The notes: a model not told the origin generated them from the sequence alone. 64,000 nucleotides of DNA from Octopus sinensis (GCF_006345805.1 NC_043000.1:133176001-133240000), one strand, 5' to 3'. Counted from the stretch's first letter, positions 11,150 to 24,179 are shown. A program made the numbers and translations.

Positions 11150-12705
11150 GCTGCTTAGTCTTAGACCATTCCTGACAGAGGAGATTTATGATTAAAGGTA
11201 TTCCAACCATAGCAATCCTGTCTTTTTCCTGTATGCAAGGAACCGTACACCACATTATCTAAAGAGTCCTTTTCTAAGGCGGTAGGGTGTGATTTTAGGG
11301 AAATTTACCTGCTCTTTCTAGTAAGTCGAGCGACCTATTATTGGTAGTAGTTATAGTTTCAGTAATGTTGTTATAATCTTTGTTAATACTAGCAAGGCGG
11401 CAAGCTGGTAGAATCGTCTGGTTTTACGTTCTGAGTTCAAATTCCGCCGAGGTCGATTTAGCTTTTCAGTCTTTCGGGGTCAATAAATTAAATGCCAGTC
11501 AAGTATTGGGGTCGAGGTAATCGACTGGTCTCCTCTCCAAAATTACGGGCCTTGTACTTATAACAAAAAAGGTGATTAATAATAGCTTGGGAATCGACAG
11601 TCTTCATTCTTCGTTACCATATTTAATCAAGTACTATGCGATCTCGAATACGATGCGATCCTCACCTTTTATACCTAAAATTCAACTATATACACGTGTT
11701 TGAGAATATACACATGTTTGAGAATAGTTGAGTACAGAGTGTAGTACGAAATTAAATACATAACAAGGAAATTATACAATGAACTTCATCAGCTAACCTG
11801 TTTCTGCTATAAGGTGCACAAGAACTCAGCTCTGAATGCATTGCATGTCATAGCAGAAACAGCGGCAAGCTAAAGAAGTTCACTGCATAACATCCTATTG
11901 TCATTTATTTAATTACATTTATGTGTGTGTATGTGTGGTCGCTCTAACTGTTAAACATAGCAGGCAAGTATCCCTCAAGTCGTTCTTTGTCTTAAATAAT
12001 GAAAGGGCATACTGAATACTGTAATCCTTCACATAATCCAAAACAAAGACGAGATGGTCACTCTTGGAATGCTTTGATCAAATCAGGACTGATTTGAGGC
12101 TGGATAATATTTAGATCCGACCAACCCCGTGTAAGCAAACTTAGGATCAAAAATATCCCAGCCATGACTACTGCACTTTGTACAGCCAGTACTATAATGT
12201 TCAGTATGTGATTTAGCTGCCATTTCTTGCAAATCGAGCGAATACGTGAGCGAATATTGTGGGGTCAGTTTTTATTTTAACCCCATGCCAATTCTGACCG
12301 AGCAGACCTACGACCAAAAGCACTCAAACATTGATCATCCAGTCTTAGGTTTTCGAGACAGTAGACTGTATTATTTAAAGTGGTCTTTTTTTTTTTACAC
12401 GGGCAGTGGGGCATGATTTGAGGGAGATTTATTTGCTATTTCTAGCAATCGCTAAGAACACCCCGACACATATGCACACACGTTAACCAATGTTTTTATT
12501 GTTTTTGCCGTTTAGCCTATGTTGACCCAGACCGAGCAAGCTATAATCAAAAGCGTTCCAGCCGTAACCATCCCATCATTTTTTCTGATACAGAAAACCA
12601 AATACCACGTAATACAATGTTCTTTTCTAAAACAATTTAGTTTGATGAGGGTGATTCGGTTACTATTTCTAGCAGGTCAAACGACCACGTAGAGGTTCCC
12701 TCGCT
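11150..12705. repeat. Cluster of about five diverged family F copies plus a family A variant (11395-11565)
   Basis: Recurrent gagcagaccta...aaagc.ttccag...gatttgaggg...gctatttctagca motifs at about 11150, 11940 (minus), 12115, 12280 and 12510. Confidence 0.6.
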
Positions 12706-13377
12706 CTCTTGTCACCACTTGTTGGGTATCTGTGTCAGAATTACGTTATTGCTATTGTTCTGGTTTTATACAACTGCTATTTCCAATTTGCTTGGCTTAT
12801 TATTTTTTGTTTGTTTATGCCTAATTGTTTTGTTTTTTTTACTATTGCTCTTATAAACATGTTTTTCTTTCCTAAATATTATAATTGTTCTTATCAATAA
12901 GGTTCATGATGGTGATGACTATAATGATTGTACGTTTTTACTATAGATGGATAGGTTTAGATTTATCGTCTTTTGTTTTGAGTTCTGATGAAAATAATTG
13001 GATAAGCTAAAAATATCGTAACAAACTTTCAGAGTTACCTTAGCTACAATAGAAAATGAACCAGTTTTATTGATAAACAAAACTGAATCTAAGAAACAAG
13101 AAGTAAACCCTTGAAAGCATCGCCAAAGAAAATTTAAAAGAAAAAAAAAAAAACTTTTTTCCTCTCCCCAAAAGTTGATTATTAAATAGAAACAGCAATG
13201 ACCCATCACAACACACATTCTGTTATTCGCAACAATTTCTACGAGAGAACGAGGAACGATGTCGGTAGTAATCAGCAATTATAAATATTGACATGAGGTG
13301 GAATGAATGTTACGCGAGAGGTGAAAAAGTATGGTAGTCTATAAGTATTCAAATACATTAGCTCTTTTAAAGCTATA

Positions 13378-13609
13378 TATTTCTTTACTACCCACAAGGG
13401 GCTGAACATAGAGGGGACAAACAAGGACAGACAAAGGGATTAAGTCGATTACATCGACCCCAGTGCGAAACTGGTACTTTATTTATCGACCCCGAAAGGA
13501 TGAAAGGCAAAGTCGACCTCGGCGGAATTTGAACTCAGAACGTAGCGGCAGACGAAATACTGCTAAGCATTTCGCCCGGCGTGCTAACGATTCTGCCAGC
13601 TCGCCGCCT
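13378..13609 (-). mobile_element. SINE family A, CpG-rich copy
   Basis: Full length; flanked by tcttttaaagctata / tcttttaaaactata (TSD with one mismatch). Confidence 0.92.
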
Positions 13610-14148
13610 CTTTTAAAACTATAGACACACAAAGACACACACACATCCCTGCGCATATTTTCACGTATATTTTACATCTATTATCATTTTAACGTCGACT
13701 TTTCCGTGTTTATTTTCTCGGCAGATTTTCCACAGCTGAATGCCCTTCCTAAAGCCAACCCTCACCTGTTTCCAAGCAAGGTAATAACAAACATATTCTC
13801 GCAGAATATAGGAAATAAATGACGTTGCTGGTATGTCAGACACACTCGTTCACAACTATCATGCAATGTCAAGACAAGGAGACACAAACATACATTCACA
13901 GGCATACGTGTATGTATATATGTGTGTGTGTGTGTGTATATGTATGTATATATATACACACACACACAGACACATATATATATATAGATATATGATATAC
14001 AGTAGAAGCTCAGCTTTCAAACAACTCTGATCATGACTAAATTGTACTTTATCTCCTGTCTATCTCATATTCATTCAATACAGTAGTACCTCGGTTTACG
14101 AATGCCTCTGATTAAGAACAAATTATGATTTTATATATCTATATCTCT

Positions 14149-14196
<48 letters not shown>

Positions 14197-14198
<2 letters not shown>

Positions 14199-14384
14199 TC
14201 TTTTACTCTTTTACTTGTTTCAGTCATTTGACTGCGGCCATGCTGGAGCACCGCCTTTAGTCGAGCAAATCGACCCCAGTACTTATTCTATCGGTCTCTT
14301 TTGCCGAACCGCTCAGTGAAGGGGACGTAAACACACCAGCATCGGTTGTCAAGCAATGCTAGGGGGACAAACACAGACACACAA

Positions 14385-14415
<31 letters not shown>

Positions 14416-14607
14416 CATACATATATATATACACATATATACGACAGGCTTCTTTCAGTTTCCGTCTACCAAATCCACTCACAAGGCTTTGGTTGGCCCG
14501 GGGCTATAGCAGAAGACACTTGCCCAAGATGCCACGCAGTGGGACTGAACCCGGAACCACGTGGTTGGTTAGCAAGCTACTTACCACACAGCCACTCCTG
14601 CGCCTAT
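14197..14607 (-). mobile_element. SINE family B, full length
   Basis: Ends in cagccactcctgcgcctat (reverse complement of the head). Confidence 0.92.
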
Positions 14608-14712
14608 TTATATATATATATAAAGCACAATTTATTTGTGATCAGAGTTGTTCGAAAACCAAGGTACTACCATATATATATATATTCACACACACAAATA
14701 TATATGGCAGGA

Positions 14713-15127
14713 GGGCAGCGAGCTGGTAGAAACGTTAGCGCGCTGGGCGAAATGCTTAGCGGTATTTCGTCTGCCGTTACGTTCTGTGTTCAAATTCTGC
14801 CGAAGTCGGCTTTGCTTTTCATCCTTTCGGGGTCGATTAAATAAGTACCAGTTATGCACTGGGGTCGATATAATCGACTTAATCCGTTTGTCTGTCCTTG
14901 TTTGTCCTCTCTGTGTTCAGCCCCTTGTGGGTAGTAAAGAAATAGGTATTTCGTCTGCCGCTACGTCCTGAGTTCAAAATCCACCGAGGTCGACTTAGCC
15001 TTTCATCCTTTCAGGGTCGATTAAATAAGTACCAGTTAGACACTGGGGTTGATGTAATCAACTTAATCCCTTTGTCTGTCCTTGTTTTTCCCCTCTATGT
15101 TTAGCCCCCTGTGGGCAATAAAAAAAT
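14713..15127 (+). mobile_element. Head-to-tail dimer of SINE family A (full copy plus 5'-truncated copy)
   Basis: First copy ends aaagaaata at 14944; second restarts at ggtatttcgtctgcc. Confidence 0.88.
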
Positions 15128-15471
15128 AAATATACGGCAGGTTTCTTTCAGTTTCCATCTACCAAATCCACTCCCAAGATTTAGTTTGGGCAGGGACCAT
15201 TGTAGAAGTTACTTGCGAAAAATGACACACAGAGGGACTGAACCTAGAACCATTGTCGTTGGGAAACAAACTTCCTACCACACAGCTATGTTTGCACTTG
15301 TCACACACACACACATACCACTTCTACATTCCGTTACTTTCCCCATCTAAAACTGAGATTCACCATTGACCACATTCAGCATTCAAAGCATTCACCTCTC
15401 TTCCAATCTCTAACCATCTGTCACTCTCTTCTCACTGTCTCATGAACCTTTTCATCCTCGATCCACTAGAC

Positions 15472-15650
15472 CAGTGCTTTTCAAACTTTTTGCTGGGGCG
15501 GAACCCCAAGGAAACATTACACTGGCTCGAGGAACCCCCGTGCAATAATTTAATGGTCTTATGCACACATATCTGCACAGGAGAATTAAAAATTACTGCC
15601 GATTTCAGCAGTTTTGTAACTTCTGGCGGAACCCTGGTTGAAAACCACTG
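15472..15650. mobile_element. hAT (Charlie-like) MITE
   Basis: TIRs CAGTGCTTTTCAAAC / GTTGAAAACCACTG; perfect 8-bp TSD CACTAGAC at 15464-15471 and 15651-15658. Confidence 0.9.
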
Positions 15651-15997
15651 CACTAGACCTATTTTCTCTTATATCCACTTTCTTATACCTTGAAGGTATG
15701 CCATAAAACCTCATCACCACTATCATTTCTCTCTTTCCAGCTGGAGTAAACATGCATCTCTTCTATAAGATTACTGTTCCCTCTCTCATTGATAGGTCTT
15801 GTCTTGTAAAATATTTGGTGACTATGCTAGAGCCAGTACCATAGGAAAGTGGTTTGGTATTAGGAAGAGGACATTCAGCTGTAAAAACCAGGCCAAAGCA
15901 GACATTGGGACTCAACTCATCAGACCCTGAAGAAATAGCCAACCCATGCCAGCATGGAAGACACACACACGTATACATGTATATATATATATATATA

Positions 15998-16394
15998 CTA
16001 ACAGTATCGCCCGGCGTTGCTCGGGTTTGTAAGGGAAATAACTATATAAGCATTTTTAGAGAGTTATAGCCAAAAAATAGCAAAAAAATGCATTAAAAAT
16101 GGAAAAAAAATTATGGTAAATTTTTTTTTAAATCGTTGACTCATCGTAGACATTTTTAGAGAGTTACTTCCCTTATATAATAGCGAAAAAATGCATTAAA
16201 ATGGAAAAAAATGATGGTAATTTTTTTTTTAATCGTAGACTCATCGTAGATGCGTGCTAATACCCAGAAGGGCTCGATATGAATCACAACTATAAGATAC
16301 CCGGTTTTGGTTAAACTGCACCGCAAAATGTGGGAGTAGTTAAGAATCTAAATCGTAGGAGACAGACACACAACTTCTCTTTTATATATAAAGA
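15998..16394 (-). mobile_element. Non-autonomous Helitron-like element
   Basis: Minus strand starts A|TCTTTATATAT and ends with the CCCGAGCAACGCCGGG hairpin and TTAG|T (CTAG mutated); 3' part shared with 22114 and 42474. Confidence 0.75.
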
Positions 16395-16432
16395 TATATA
16401 TACACACACAAACATACACGCACATTATATAT

Positions 16433-16770
16433 CAATGGTTCTCAACCTGGGCCCTTTTGGCCTCTTGGGGTTCATAGAAGAACTTTAGAGGTCCGCACAA
16501 GCAAACTAGAAAACTGGGTCCACCATAGTATTTTAAGGGTCTATGAAAAAATGTTGATTTTGATGCATATATTGCACAAAACAGCTAGGTTTCTATCTCT
16601 GGTGTTTTACATAGCTCAACCTATACATGTGAATGCATGATAAACAAAATAGGAATTCTGAAGGTATCATCTATTAAACTAGTTTTTAAACAACAAATGA
16701 CCATGAGGGTCCACCAGAATTTTAAAATATTCAAAGGGATCCATAGATAAAAAATGGTTGAGAACCACTG
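16433..16770. mobile_element. hAT-like MITE
   Basis: TIRs CAATGGTTCTCAACC / GGTTGAGAACCACTG; TSD not recognisable. Confidence 0.75.
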
Positions 16771-16963
16771 ATGATATATATGTTTACAGAGAATGACAGA
16801 TGAGGATCTAAGTTAAACTTTTGACAACCACTATTCAATAAAGTGATCAACACATATAACAATTATTAAACTATTTGTACTGATTAAAATTACAGAATCA
16901 TAGAGAAGGGGAATAACTTTGATTAGTTAATTTTTGTTGAAAATATACCATAAAGGTATATTG

Positions 16964-17268
16964 CAACTAGGACTCATTCCTGATATAAAGAAATATATCA
17001 AAAATATTTACTTTATAAAACCTAAAAACCAATCTAGGTTTTAATTTTTACACTCATCGCCAGAATTTTAACAAAAAAATCAAAGGTAATTTATCAATAC
17101 AAAACTCAATATTCACTAAAATAATCATCATTTTTCACAATTTTTTCACTAAAAATCTTCCTGGTTACCTCCTTCATAATCCTGAAAACTACTGTGACCA
17201 TTGGTCCAGTCATTTGACCGTGAAGAGGTGAACAGACAGACAGACGGACAATACCTATTATAGTAAGA
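16964..17268 (-). mobile_element. Degenerate Helitron-like element
   Basis: actag at the left end; acagacagacag...ttatagtaagat at the right end, as in the other copies. Confidence 0.3.
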
Positions 17269-17565
17269 TGTAAGCATGGGAGCAAATGATTCAGATGGGG
17301 TCAGAGATTTGACTGGACTTTATTTCATAAACTTAAAAGCTTCCAGTCTTTAGGAGAGAATTAGTAACTCCTAGTACCATGGGTACAAAAGAGCTCTAGT
17401 AGTAGTAGAAGCTTCAATATGTCCTTAGAAGCTAACATTAGGTCATTAGTAGTGTTAGTTTTTTAGATATAACTTTGAATTTGATTTATGGCTTCTACCC
17501 ATAAAGAAATCTCAATGCATTTTTAAATAATATTAATGAATTTTGTGGCTACTCTAGATTCATAG

Positions 17566-17812
17566 TGGAAGCACGTTGCTTAATGGTTAGGGTGTTGGAC
17601 TCGTGACTGTAAGATTGTGGTTTCGATTCCTGGACTGGTGAGGCATTGTGTTCTTGAGCAAATCACTTCACTTCAAGTTGCTTCAGTCCACTCAGCTGAC
17701 AAAAATGAGAAATGTTGTGAGAGATCGGTGTCCTGTCTAGGTGGGTAATATATACAGCATGGAAACAGGAAAACTGGCCCTATGAGTCTATAAGACTCGG
17801 AAAGGAATTTTA
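17566..17812 (+). mobile_element. tRNA-derived SINE (family E-related)
   Basis: A/B-box-like taatggttaggg...ggtttcgattcc, then ttcttgagcaa...cacttcac; matching copy at 55590-55835 (minus). Confidence 0.75.
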
Positions 17813-18302
17813 CTGGTTTTTTTCTTTTTATTAAATTCATAACTAATAACATAGTAAAGAAAATCTGAAAATTTGTAGCATATCAGTGAATGAACAAATT
17901 TTTAATGGTTAATAATGAAACTTTACATAGAAACAGGTTTAAGGATAAAATATCATACATTTCAACTTGAAATACAATAAGTGAGAACAGAAAAACAGTT
18001 CAAGGTACTTTTTCTTTATTTAGTAAGTATTTTCCTCTACGAGATAGATACCATAAATTCAGAAAAACTGTGAAACCATCTACCTCTACTACATGCATAG
18101 CCCAGAATAATGCTTCTAATTTAGCTAAACTAAACAGTAGTAGATCTTATAGTAATATTTATATGAACTCTAATACCTGTCCTCTTAACTCTAATTACTA
18201 AATTAAAGAAACTGTCTATAAATATCTACGGACTGATACAATGACAAATATTGACTTAGCCACCATTAATTTTAAACTCAGAAACCACAACCACAGGCAT
18301 AC

Positions 18303-18357
18303 CTTCAGAAATTCTGCTAAAAAGAATGTTACATTCTTTTCTGGGTATTTCTAGAAG
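18303..18357 (-). CDS. Candidate internal coding exon (LLEIPRKECNILFSRISE), gene unknown
   Basis: Acceptor ggtgtttttcag, donor AAG|gtatgc, one open frame; no neighbouring exons confirmed. Confidence 0.3.
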
Positions 18358-19653
18358 CTGAAAAACACCAATAATTATTACAACTTCAAATACCATTTAC
18401 TGGAAGTCTTATAAGGTAACAGAAAGCTCTGACTTATATAAGGCTGAAGTGATGGAAATTCTATTAATCAATAAGAACTTGGAGAAAATCACTATATGTA
18501 GACATAAAATATGTAGGCTATACCTGTATTATTAACCATAATAACCTAATGGCTGATAATAAACAGCTAACTTTAAATCTCTGAAAATTTAAGCATACAT
18601 ATTACATTTTGTATTAATGGTACTACTGTAAATACAATTTTGGCTATAAATTCTCAACATACATAAAGTATGAACCAGACTATTTCTACAAACATAACCA
18701 GTTAGCATTCATAAAGAACTGAACTTCATTTTTCCTTCAGAAATATTATAATCAGATTGGCTATACTTAATGTTTTTAAAATAATGTGCTGTTTATCTTA
18801 ATAGCATTTTCCCTAATTAACACTCATTGCTATGTCCCTGAACATTAATGGATTGATAATTACATCTGATTTGCTACAATGAGTTTTATTTAACACATAA
18901 TTATTAATATTCATAAGATAAATATTATATAGTAAGTTGCTTTAATTGATTTTGATTCCCCACACATAACTCTCTAAAACAGTAGGTTTTGAATTATTAG
19001 TGATTTGAAATGCTTTACATCAAAGTACAACAGCACAAAAACATTCACTTCTCCACTAAATTGAAAATCTGCTGAGTTGTTGGATTCTTTGCACTTTTGT
19101 ACAGCTGTGAGACTTGGATGTTGTATTGCTGATGCACCAAATGGTTTGAGCAACTTCACAACCATTCCCTAAGACTTATCATGTAAATTCTCCAGAAGAC
19201 CTGGGCAGGCCCAAAACCACATGCATCCAAGAGATGGTTCAATGATCTTTGATGGACAGACTACATACTCTGTATGAGTGAGTCCAGGATGTCATGACAG
19301 TTATGCTATGGAAAGACTGAGCAAGACAAACACCAACAAGTACAACTTAAAGTGAGCCAAATTCCAGCCATTTTGAGATTATGGTTGTAAACTGATATGA
19401 GTGGCTCCACTGATGATCCCAAGCAGCCTGCAACTTTTAAGAATGCTTGTAGAGCTTAAAGCAATTCATGATAGCAAGCTATGATAGTGCCTTAAGCAAG
19501 CTATAATAGGTATGTGGTGCTTTAAACAAGCTATGACAGAAAGGCATCTGCTCTTGTCCCAATAAGCAGTATTTCATGGTTAAACTGCAACCATAACAAT
19601 GCATTTTACTTCAGCCTTAGAAGTTCATATGTCAGTTACACTGACATGTGGAA

Positions 19654-20028
19654 GCACTCTGTCAGTTACGACGACGAGAGTTCCGGTTGATCCGAATCAA
19701 CGGAACAGCCTGCTCGTGAAATTAACGTGTAAGTGGCTGAGCACTCCACAGACACATGTACTCTTAACATAGTTCTCGGGGATATTCAGCGTGACACAGA
19801 GAGTGACAAGGCCGGCCCTTTGAAAATACAGGTACAACAGAAACAGGAAGTAAGAGTGAGAGAAAGTTGTGGTGAAAGAGTACAACAGGGGTCGCCTCCA
19901 CCCCCTGCCGGAGCCTTGTGGAGCTTTAGGTGTTTTCGCTCAATAAACACTCACAACGCCCGGTCTGGGAATCGAAACCGCGATCCTATGACCGCAAGTC
20001 CACTGCCCTAACCACTGGGCCATTGTGC
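19654..20028 (-). mobile_element. SINE family D
   Basis: Reverse complement of the copy at 50421-50798; tRNA-like head. Confidence 0.88.
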
Positions 20029-20590
20029 GCACACTGACATTACACATCCAGCAGAGCATACTAGCTTCATTCCTTATAAGCTTAAGCATGTCCTCAGCAG
20101 TCACGCCCATGTTTCACTGCTATGTAGTATGGCTGTTTGCATCATACAGTCTACTTTTTACCCTGAGCGAGAGGCCCTTTCTCACCAGTAGCAGTAGGAG
20201 CTCTCTGAACTTTACCCAGGCTATTCTTATTCTAGCAGCTACACTTTCGGAGCATCCACCCCGCCTACTACTGACTTGGTCACCTAGGTAATGGAAGCTA
20301 TCAACTACTAGTATTTTCCCCCTGGCATGTGACAGAAGCTGTTTTCGGCACATTTTCAGTGTTTATTGCCCGAGCATTTGCCACACACAAAAACTATCTT
20401 TCCAGTTAGCCTTCCTTTGATATTGCTGCACCTCTTATGTGTCCATAGCTTATACTGAGTACACCTTATAGAGTTTCTACCTACGCCTTTTCTATAGATC
20501 AAGCAGGGTCATGTACCTGAAGAGATTTGTGATTTGTCTACCTTCCTACTTATTAAGACTTTAGTTTTTATTAGATTGACTCTAAGGCCC
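20029..20590 (-). mobile_element. RTE-clade LINE RT fragment with a Cys/His-rich insert
   Basis: Reads ...KGVGRNS...HKRCSNIKGRLTGKIVFVCGKCSG...VVDSFHYLGDQVSS..GGCSESVAARIRIAWVKFRELL...GLSLRVKSRLYDA. Confidence 0.85.
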
Positions 20591-20631
20591 TTCAATTCTA
20601 AGGCCCTTTGATTCATGAATATATATATAAT

Positions 20632-21108
20632 CGAAATCGAAATCAAATTTGATGACTGGCATCCATTCTAGTGGAGTGCTAAGAGCATCATCCGAGCGAG
20701 ATCGTTGCCAGAGCAACGAACTGGCTTCCATGCTGGTGACACATAAAAAGCACCGTTCGAGTGTGATCGTTACCAGTGTTGCCTTACTGGCACTTGTGCT
20801 GGTGGCATGTGAAAAACATTCAAGCAAGGTTGTTGCCAGTGCCACTGGACTGGCTCCTGTGCAGGTGGCACATAAAAAACACCATTTTGAGCATGGCTGT
20901 TGCCAGTACCGCCTGACTGGCCCTCATGCCGGTGGCATGTAAAAGCACCCACTACACTCTTGGAGCAGCTGGCATTAGGAAGGGCATCCAGCTGTAGAAA
21001 CTCTGCCAGATCAGATTGGAGCCGGTGCAGCCATCTGGTTCGCTAGTCCTCAGTCGAATCATCCAACCCATGCTAGCATGGAGAGCAGACGTTAAACGAC
21101 GATGATGA
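20632..21108 (+). mobile_element. Family C (RTE 3' UTR with internal subrepeats)
   Basis: Subrepeats gccggtggca.gtaaaaagcacc followed by the conserved 3' end and (GAT)n. Confidence 0.88.
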
Positions 21109-21121
21109 TATATATATATAT

Positions 21122-21665
21122 AAATATAATTTCAACAATTGAGGGTAAAATTAATTAATTAATCAATTTCACCAAGTATTCAGTATGCAAAGGGACCATT
21201 TAAGGCGAATTCAAATTATTACATTATATAAAAGGGCTTAGTAAAATAAATTACTTTGCCGCATACTGAACTTTTAACCCACGCTGGTGGAAAGGGGAGA
21301 GCAGAAATTCTTCGCTTGCATTTTTGAGTTTGTTGGCACTGTTAGTTAGGAGCAGATCTTCAGAAGCGAGAGGAAGCCGAAAGGGTATGCTCCTACTTTC
21401 AGTGTTTTCAAATCCAAACCAGGGAGTTCTGAGCTGATGATAGAAATGTCGGATTTTGACTAATCTTGAAACGTACGTTCTCAAATAACCTTTGCACTTG
21501 ATTTTTTAATGTCTCTACCCCCATATTTGCGTGAGTTGAATTGAGCAAACACTATATGAGAGAGGTTTTCTTTAAGTATTGGAAATAGTTTTAAAAAAGT
21601 TTTTTTAGCTGCTATTTCTAATGAGTTCAGTATGCGGCAAAGTAATTTATTTTACTAAGCCCTTT

Positions 21666-21673
<8 letters not shown>
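21122..21673 (+). mobile_element. Non-autonomous Penelope-like element (inferred) with inverted terminal duplication, in a (TA)n site
   Basis: Perfect 50-bp inverted repeat 21223-21272 / 21624-21673; hammerhead-like core inside; (TA)n on both sides. Confidence 0.55.
21430..21483 (+). ncRNA. Hammerhead-ribozyme-like motif (minimal type I)
   Basis: TGAG-CTGATGA-imperfect stem II-GAAA-CGTACG-TT-CTCA; stem I TGAG/CTCA; ACGTACGT palindrome in stem III. Confidence 0.5.
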
Positions 21674-21721
<48 letters not shown>

Positions 21722-22113
21722 AGAGAGAGAGAGAGAAAGAAAATGATATTACTAAATATCACTTCATAAAGAATATATAACGTGAGTTATATAAAGGACA
21801 TATTTAAATTACAATTGTTTCTATTTTAGGTACAAGGTCAGTTATTTTGAGTGAAGTGGTTAGTTAATTACAGTACTATAATGGCACTTTATTTTATCAA
21901 CCCTAAATGAATGAAACCAAAATTATTCTTGGCAGGATATAAACTTAGAATGTAAAGTGCCAGAAGAACTACCACAAGGTATCTTGTTTGATGCTTTAAA
22001 CATTCTGCTGCAAAAAAATAATTAAATCACTCAGATTGGTTAGAATTGTTGTTGTTGTCATCATCGCCATCACCACCACTGCCACTATCATCGTTTAATG
22101 TCCAATTGATTTA

Positions 22114-22497
22114 TCTCTCTCTATATAAACGGCAGTTTGTCTGTGCGTGTTTCTGTGTGTCTGTTTTCTCGTACCCTCACCCTGACCACGGCTTTCAACC
22201 GATTCTGATGAAACTTGACACACACATAGCCCAATGTCATAATTCAAAACTAACGCAGCGAAAATTTTGAAAAGTTCCCCCAGTTCTGAAAAAAATCGAT
22301 AAATTCGACATGGGGTCGAGAATCAGAAACACAAACCACAGACCGTCTAGGGGACGCAACTCCACCTTTTTTAACTCTCAAAAAAATTTACCATCATTTT
22401 TTTTCCATTTTTTTGCTATTTTTTGGCTATAACTCTCTAAAAATGCTTTATAGTTATTTCCCTTACAAACCTGAGCAACGCCGGGCGATACTGCTAG
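22114..22497 (+). mobile_element. Non-autonomous Helitron
   Basis: A|TC start, subterminal hairpin CCTGAGCAACGCCGGG, CTAG|T end; near-identical copy at 42474-42855. Confidence 0.85.
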
Positions 22498-22727
22498 TAG
22501 AATTATAAAGATGGATAACTTTGCCTGGTTATTTTTATAGTGCAATACCATAAGCATGTTAATACTAAAAGTAATTTGTAAATTTATAAAACAAACATTT
22601 GCTTTGTACATTTAAAACTTGTGTAGATTATAATTTTTGATATTAAACACCAAATACGGATTGTCACAATTTGATCAATCTTATTCATTCTAATAAAGGA
22701 CTTAATATTTAAAATCATTAATGATAG

Positions 22728-23112
22728 GTATGGCTGTTTGGTAAGAAGTTTGCTTCACAACCTCAAGGTTCCAGGTTCAGTCCCACTGCATGGCACCTTG
22801 GGCAAGTGTCTTCTACTATAGCCTCAGGCTGACCAAATCCTTGTGAGTGGATCTGGTTGATGGAAACTGAAAGAAGCCCATCATATATGTGTGTGTGTGT
22901 GTGTTTCTTTGAGACCTCCACCACTGCTTGACAACTGGTGTTGGTGTGTTTATATCCCTGTCACTTAACAGCTTGGCAAAAGAGGCTGACAGAACAAATA
23001 CCAGGCTTAAAAAATGAATAATGGGGTTGATTTGTTTGACTAAAATTCTTTAAGCTGGTGCCCCAGCATGGCTGCAATCTAATGACTGAAACAGGTAAAG
23101 GAATAAAAGAGT
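22728..23112 (+). mobile_element. SINE family B variant
   Basis: gtatggctgtttggtaag...ggttcagtcccactgc...gactgaaacaggtaaag. Confidence 0.85.
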
Positions 23113-23142
23113 AAACGAGAATATATATATGCATACATAAAA

Positions 23143-23372
23143 GGCAGCGAGCTGGTAGAAACGTTAGCACGCTGGGCGAAATTGGTAGCCGTATTTCGTC
23201 TGTCGTTACGTTCCGAGTTCAAATTCCACCGAGGTCGACTTTGCCTTTCATCCTTTCGGGGTCGATAAATTAAGTACCAGTTACGCACTGGGGTCGATGT
23301 AGTCGACTTAATCCCTTTGTCTGTCCTTGTTTGTCCCCTCTGTGTTTAGCCCCTTGTTGATAGTAAAGAAAT
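23143..23372 (+). mobile_element. SINE family A with 19-bp TSD
   Basis: ATATATATATGCATACATA at 23121-23139 and 23371-23389. Confidence 0.93.
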
Positions 23373-24179
23373 ATATATATGCATACATATCTCCAATAAT
23401 TACTGAATGCTATTAAGAGTTACACCTATATTAAAAATATTTAAAAAATAGCTATAAAATAATGCAAAAAAGTGTAAACATGTCTAAAGATGACATACAT
23501 GCTAGCAGATTCTTATCAGTGTTCTTTGCATCATGTTTTCTACATTTACAAAATATTCCGATGTTACAGATTCATACATTCATAATTCAGGATATTACAT
23601 ACATTTTTAATAACTATCGAAATTAATATTTGCTTAAATAAATGAAATCCTGTGAATATATGAATTCCTCCATTATGAAATTTTTTAAAATGGTAAAATT
23701 TATTAGAAAAATAACTAAGTGTATTGTAATTATATGTTCAAACATATTTGAAATTTTGTTGGAATTTTCTGTTTAAACCATTAAGTAAACAAGAGCTCAC
23801 TAATTACAGTCATTGAAAATATATTATTGTAGGTAGTAATTTAATAACTTTTGTCATAATTGTCATCAACCTAGCATCAGAAGGAAAAAAAATTGTGTTT
23901 ATATTCTAAGAACATCCTATCAAATTATTAAATTAATCTTTTTGCCAAAAGTAATACTTAGAAGATATTTAAATACAATCATAGTAAACTCTTTAGAATT
24001 ATCATGTCAGAAGGGAAATTCATTCTATTACAGAGTATTCTATTATGTAGTTGCTATGTAGCCAGATCCTCATTCAAAGCAGTCGTAAGTCATAACTTAT
24101 TCATACACACTTGCATGCGTTCACATGTGCGCACACACACACACACACACACACACTGTAGCTCAAAGAAGATATGTTG

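Noticed and set aside
18974-19400. 63-aa minus-strand ORF as a host exon
   Set aside because: Weak splice sites; the region looks more like decayed retroelement sequence and no motif is convincing.
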